Below the pieces are notes generated by a model. It did not search any database. It saw only the letters and a program-made list of their open reading frames with translations, and was not told the origin of the DNA. Below, one piece after another: positions 62,755 through 64,000 of a DNA stretch of 64,000 bases (position 1 is its first letter; the number at the start of each line of letters is the position of its first letter). Made by a program: the position numbers and the translations under genes. The stretch is from Nitrospirota bacterium. Lineage in GTDB: Bacteria > Nitrospirota > Thermodesulfovibrionia > Thermodesulfovibrionales > Dissulfurispiraceae. The stretch covers positions 448,001 through 512,000 of the forward strand of contig CAVPZX010000005.1 of assembly GCA_963710375.1 (NCBI GenBank), read 5' to 3'.

Positions 62755-63609
62755 TTATGGTGCATACATGTATTTCAGTTCCGGTGAGGGGAGTATCTTT
62801 GATACGCCTTCCTGTATCCTGCCGCTCAACAGGTCGAGAATGTGGTTCTTTTCTTTTTTGGTTATTACTTCGGGCTCCCCTTTTATTCCTGCCATTCTTG
62901 CAGCGGTTTTGATTGCGTAATCGAGGTCTCCCAGTTCGTCCACAAGGCCGGCCTTTATCGCTTGACTTCCTGAAAATATTCTGCCGTCGGCGATTTCCCT
63001 GACCTTATCAATAGGCATCTTTCTCCCTTCGGACACTGCGGAAATAAACTGTTCATGGACGTCATCCATCACGCCTTGCAGGATAGCACGATCCTCTTTC
63101 CCTATGCCTCTGAAAGGAGAGGCAATATCTTTATGCTTACCACTTTTTATAACTTCTGTTTTTACTCCTATCTTATCCATAAGCACTTTAACATTAGGGA
63201 CTTCCATAATTACTCCTATGGAGCCGGTAAGAGTGCCCGGATTAGCGACAATTTTAGTTGCCGGGGCGGAAATATAGTAACCGCCGGATGCTGCAAGAGA
63301 ACCCATAGACACTACCACTTTTTTTTTGGCGGCTAACCTTTTAACTTCATCATATATCTCCTGTGAAGGGACGACACCGCCTCCGGGACTGTTGACCCTG
63401 AGTACTATGGCCTTTATTGAGTTGTCTTTTTTGTATCCGTCTAGTTCATCGATAATTGATTTCGCTTCTATTATAGGTCCCTCTACCCTGACAAGCGCTA
63501 CTTTGCCGCCGAAAGATATCTTTTGCTGGAAAAACGTGAACAAAGCGCTTAAAGCAATCAGAAATAAAAAGAACACGGCCACGACAATACAGGTTTTTTT
63601 AATTTTCAT
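62755..63609 (-). CDS. sppA: signal peptide peptidase
   Basis: NSPGG, AASGGYY, GSIGV, KSGKHKD. Confidence 0.93.
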   Translation of the reverse strand: MKIKKTCIVVAVFFLFLIALSALFTFFQQKISFGGKVALVRVEGPIIEAKSIIDELDGYKKDNSIKAIVLRVNSPGGGVVPSQEIYDEVKRLAAKKKVVVSMGSLAASGGYYISAPATKIVANPGTLTGSIGVIMEVPNVKVLMDKIGVKTEVIKSGKHKDIASPFRGIGKEDRAILQGVMDDVHEQFISAVSEGRKMPIDKVREIADGRIFSGSQAIKAGLVDELGDLDYAIKTAARMAGIKGEPEVITKKEKNHILDLLSGRIQEGVSKILPSPELKYMYAP

Positions 63610-64000
63610 GTGTTTTCAGGTTTTTCATGCTGAGGCCTATTTTCCTGTCCTCAATATTCAATTTTATGATCCTTACCATTATCTCAGAGCCTTCTTGTAT
63701 TTCTTTCGAGGCATCTATCTCAGATGAGTATACAAGCCCCTCTACATCTCCGTCCAATTCTACAAACATGCCGAAATCCGTGATCCTCAATACCTTTCCC
63801 TTAAACTCTCCGCCAAGTTTGAATTTTGCGGGTATTTCATTTTGCCACGGATCGGGCGTCAATTGCTTTATGCCAAGGGCCATCCGCTCTTTTTCGGGAT
63901 CTAGGCTCAGTACGACCGCCTCGACTTTTTGGCCTTTCTTGAGTGCCTCAGAAGGGTGCTTGATATGTTTGGTCCACGAAAGGTCTGAAATGTGAATCAA
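63599..64000 (-). CDS. rpsA: 30S ribosomal protein S1, 3' part
   Basis: S1 repeats HISDLSW, DFGMFVEL; truncated at window end. Confidence 0.92.
   Translation of the reverse strand: MIHISDLSWTKHIKHPSEALKKGQKVEAVVLSLDPEKERMALGIKQLTPDPWQNEIPAKFKLGGEFKGKVLRITDFGMFVELDGDVEGLVYSSEIDASKEIQEGSEIMVRIIKLNIEDRKIGLSMKNLKTHEN

Overview
Chromosomal window of an anaerobic bacterium, with gene style suggestive of Nitrospirota/Desulfobacterota (inference only). Most of it is housekeeping: GH1, malQ, gltX/glnS, acuBC-like pair, cysM, fumarase, icmF, aroF-hisC-pheA, pyk, nadB, mqnB, fliL, trxB, mgsA, dinG, lysA-dapF-dapA, opp ATPases, ihfB, sppA, rpsA, five tRNAs and three c-di-GMP enzymes. Four things stand out. 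(1) A ~7.4 kb element is integrated at tRNA-Met between perfect 48-bp repeats (24096-31578). It encodes a tyrosine integrase whose ORF runs through the att site, an excisionase-like HTH, a Rep_trans-type rolling-circle initiator, and defence-type cargo (C protein, putative QxK nuclease, C5 methyltransferase, Vsr, RAMA/DUF4357 protein, membrane protein). An older relic islet with a frameshifted DUF4258 gene lies next to it. (2) The ORF track splits two probable selenoproteins, each with a SECIS-like hairpin: a UxxC peroxiredoxin-like protein, and a DsrE/TusD-like protein in a dsrEFH-like operon beside tRNA-Glu(UUC) and tRNA-Lys(UUU). (3) DapF is fused to a PilZ-type c-di-GMP-binding domain. (4) There are two MITE-like palindromes and dispersed hexamer/heptamer inverted arrays. 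Five +1 frameshifts in conserved genes are most likely sequencing errors. All calls come from reading motifs; no database searches were run.
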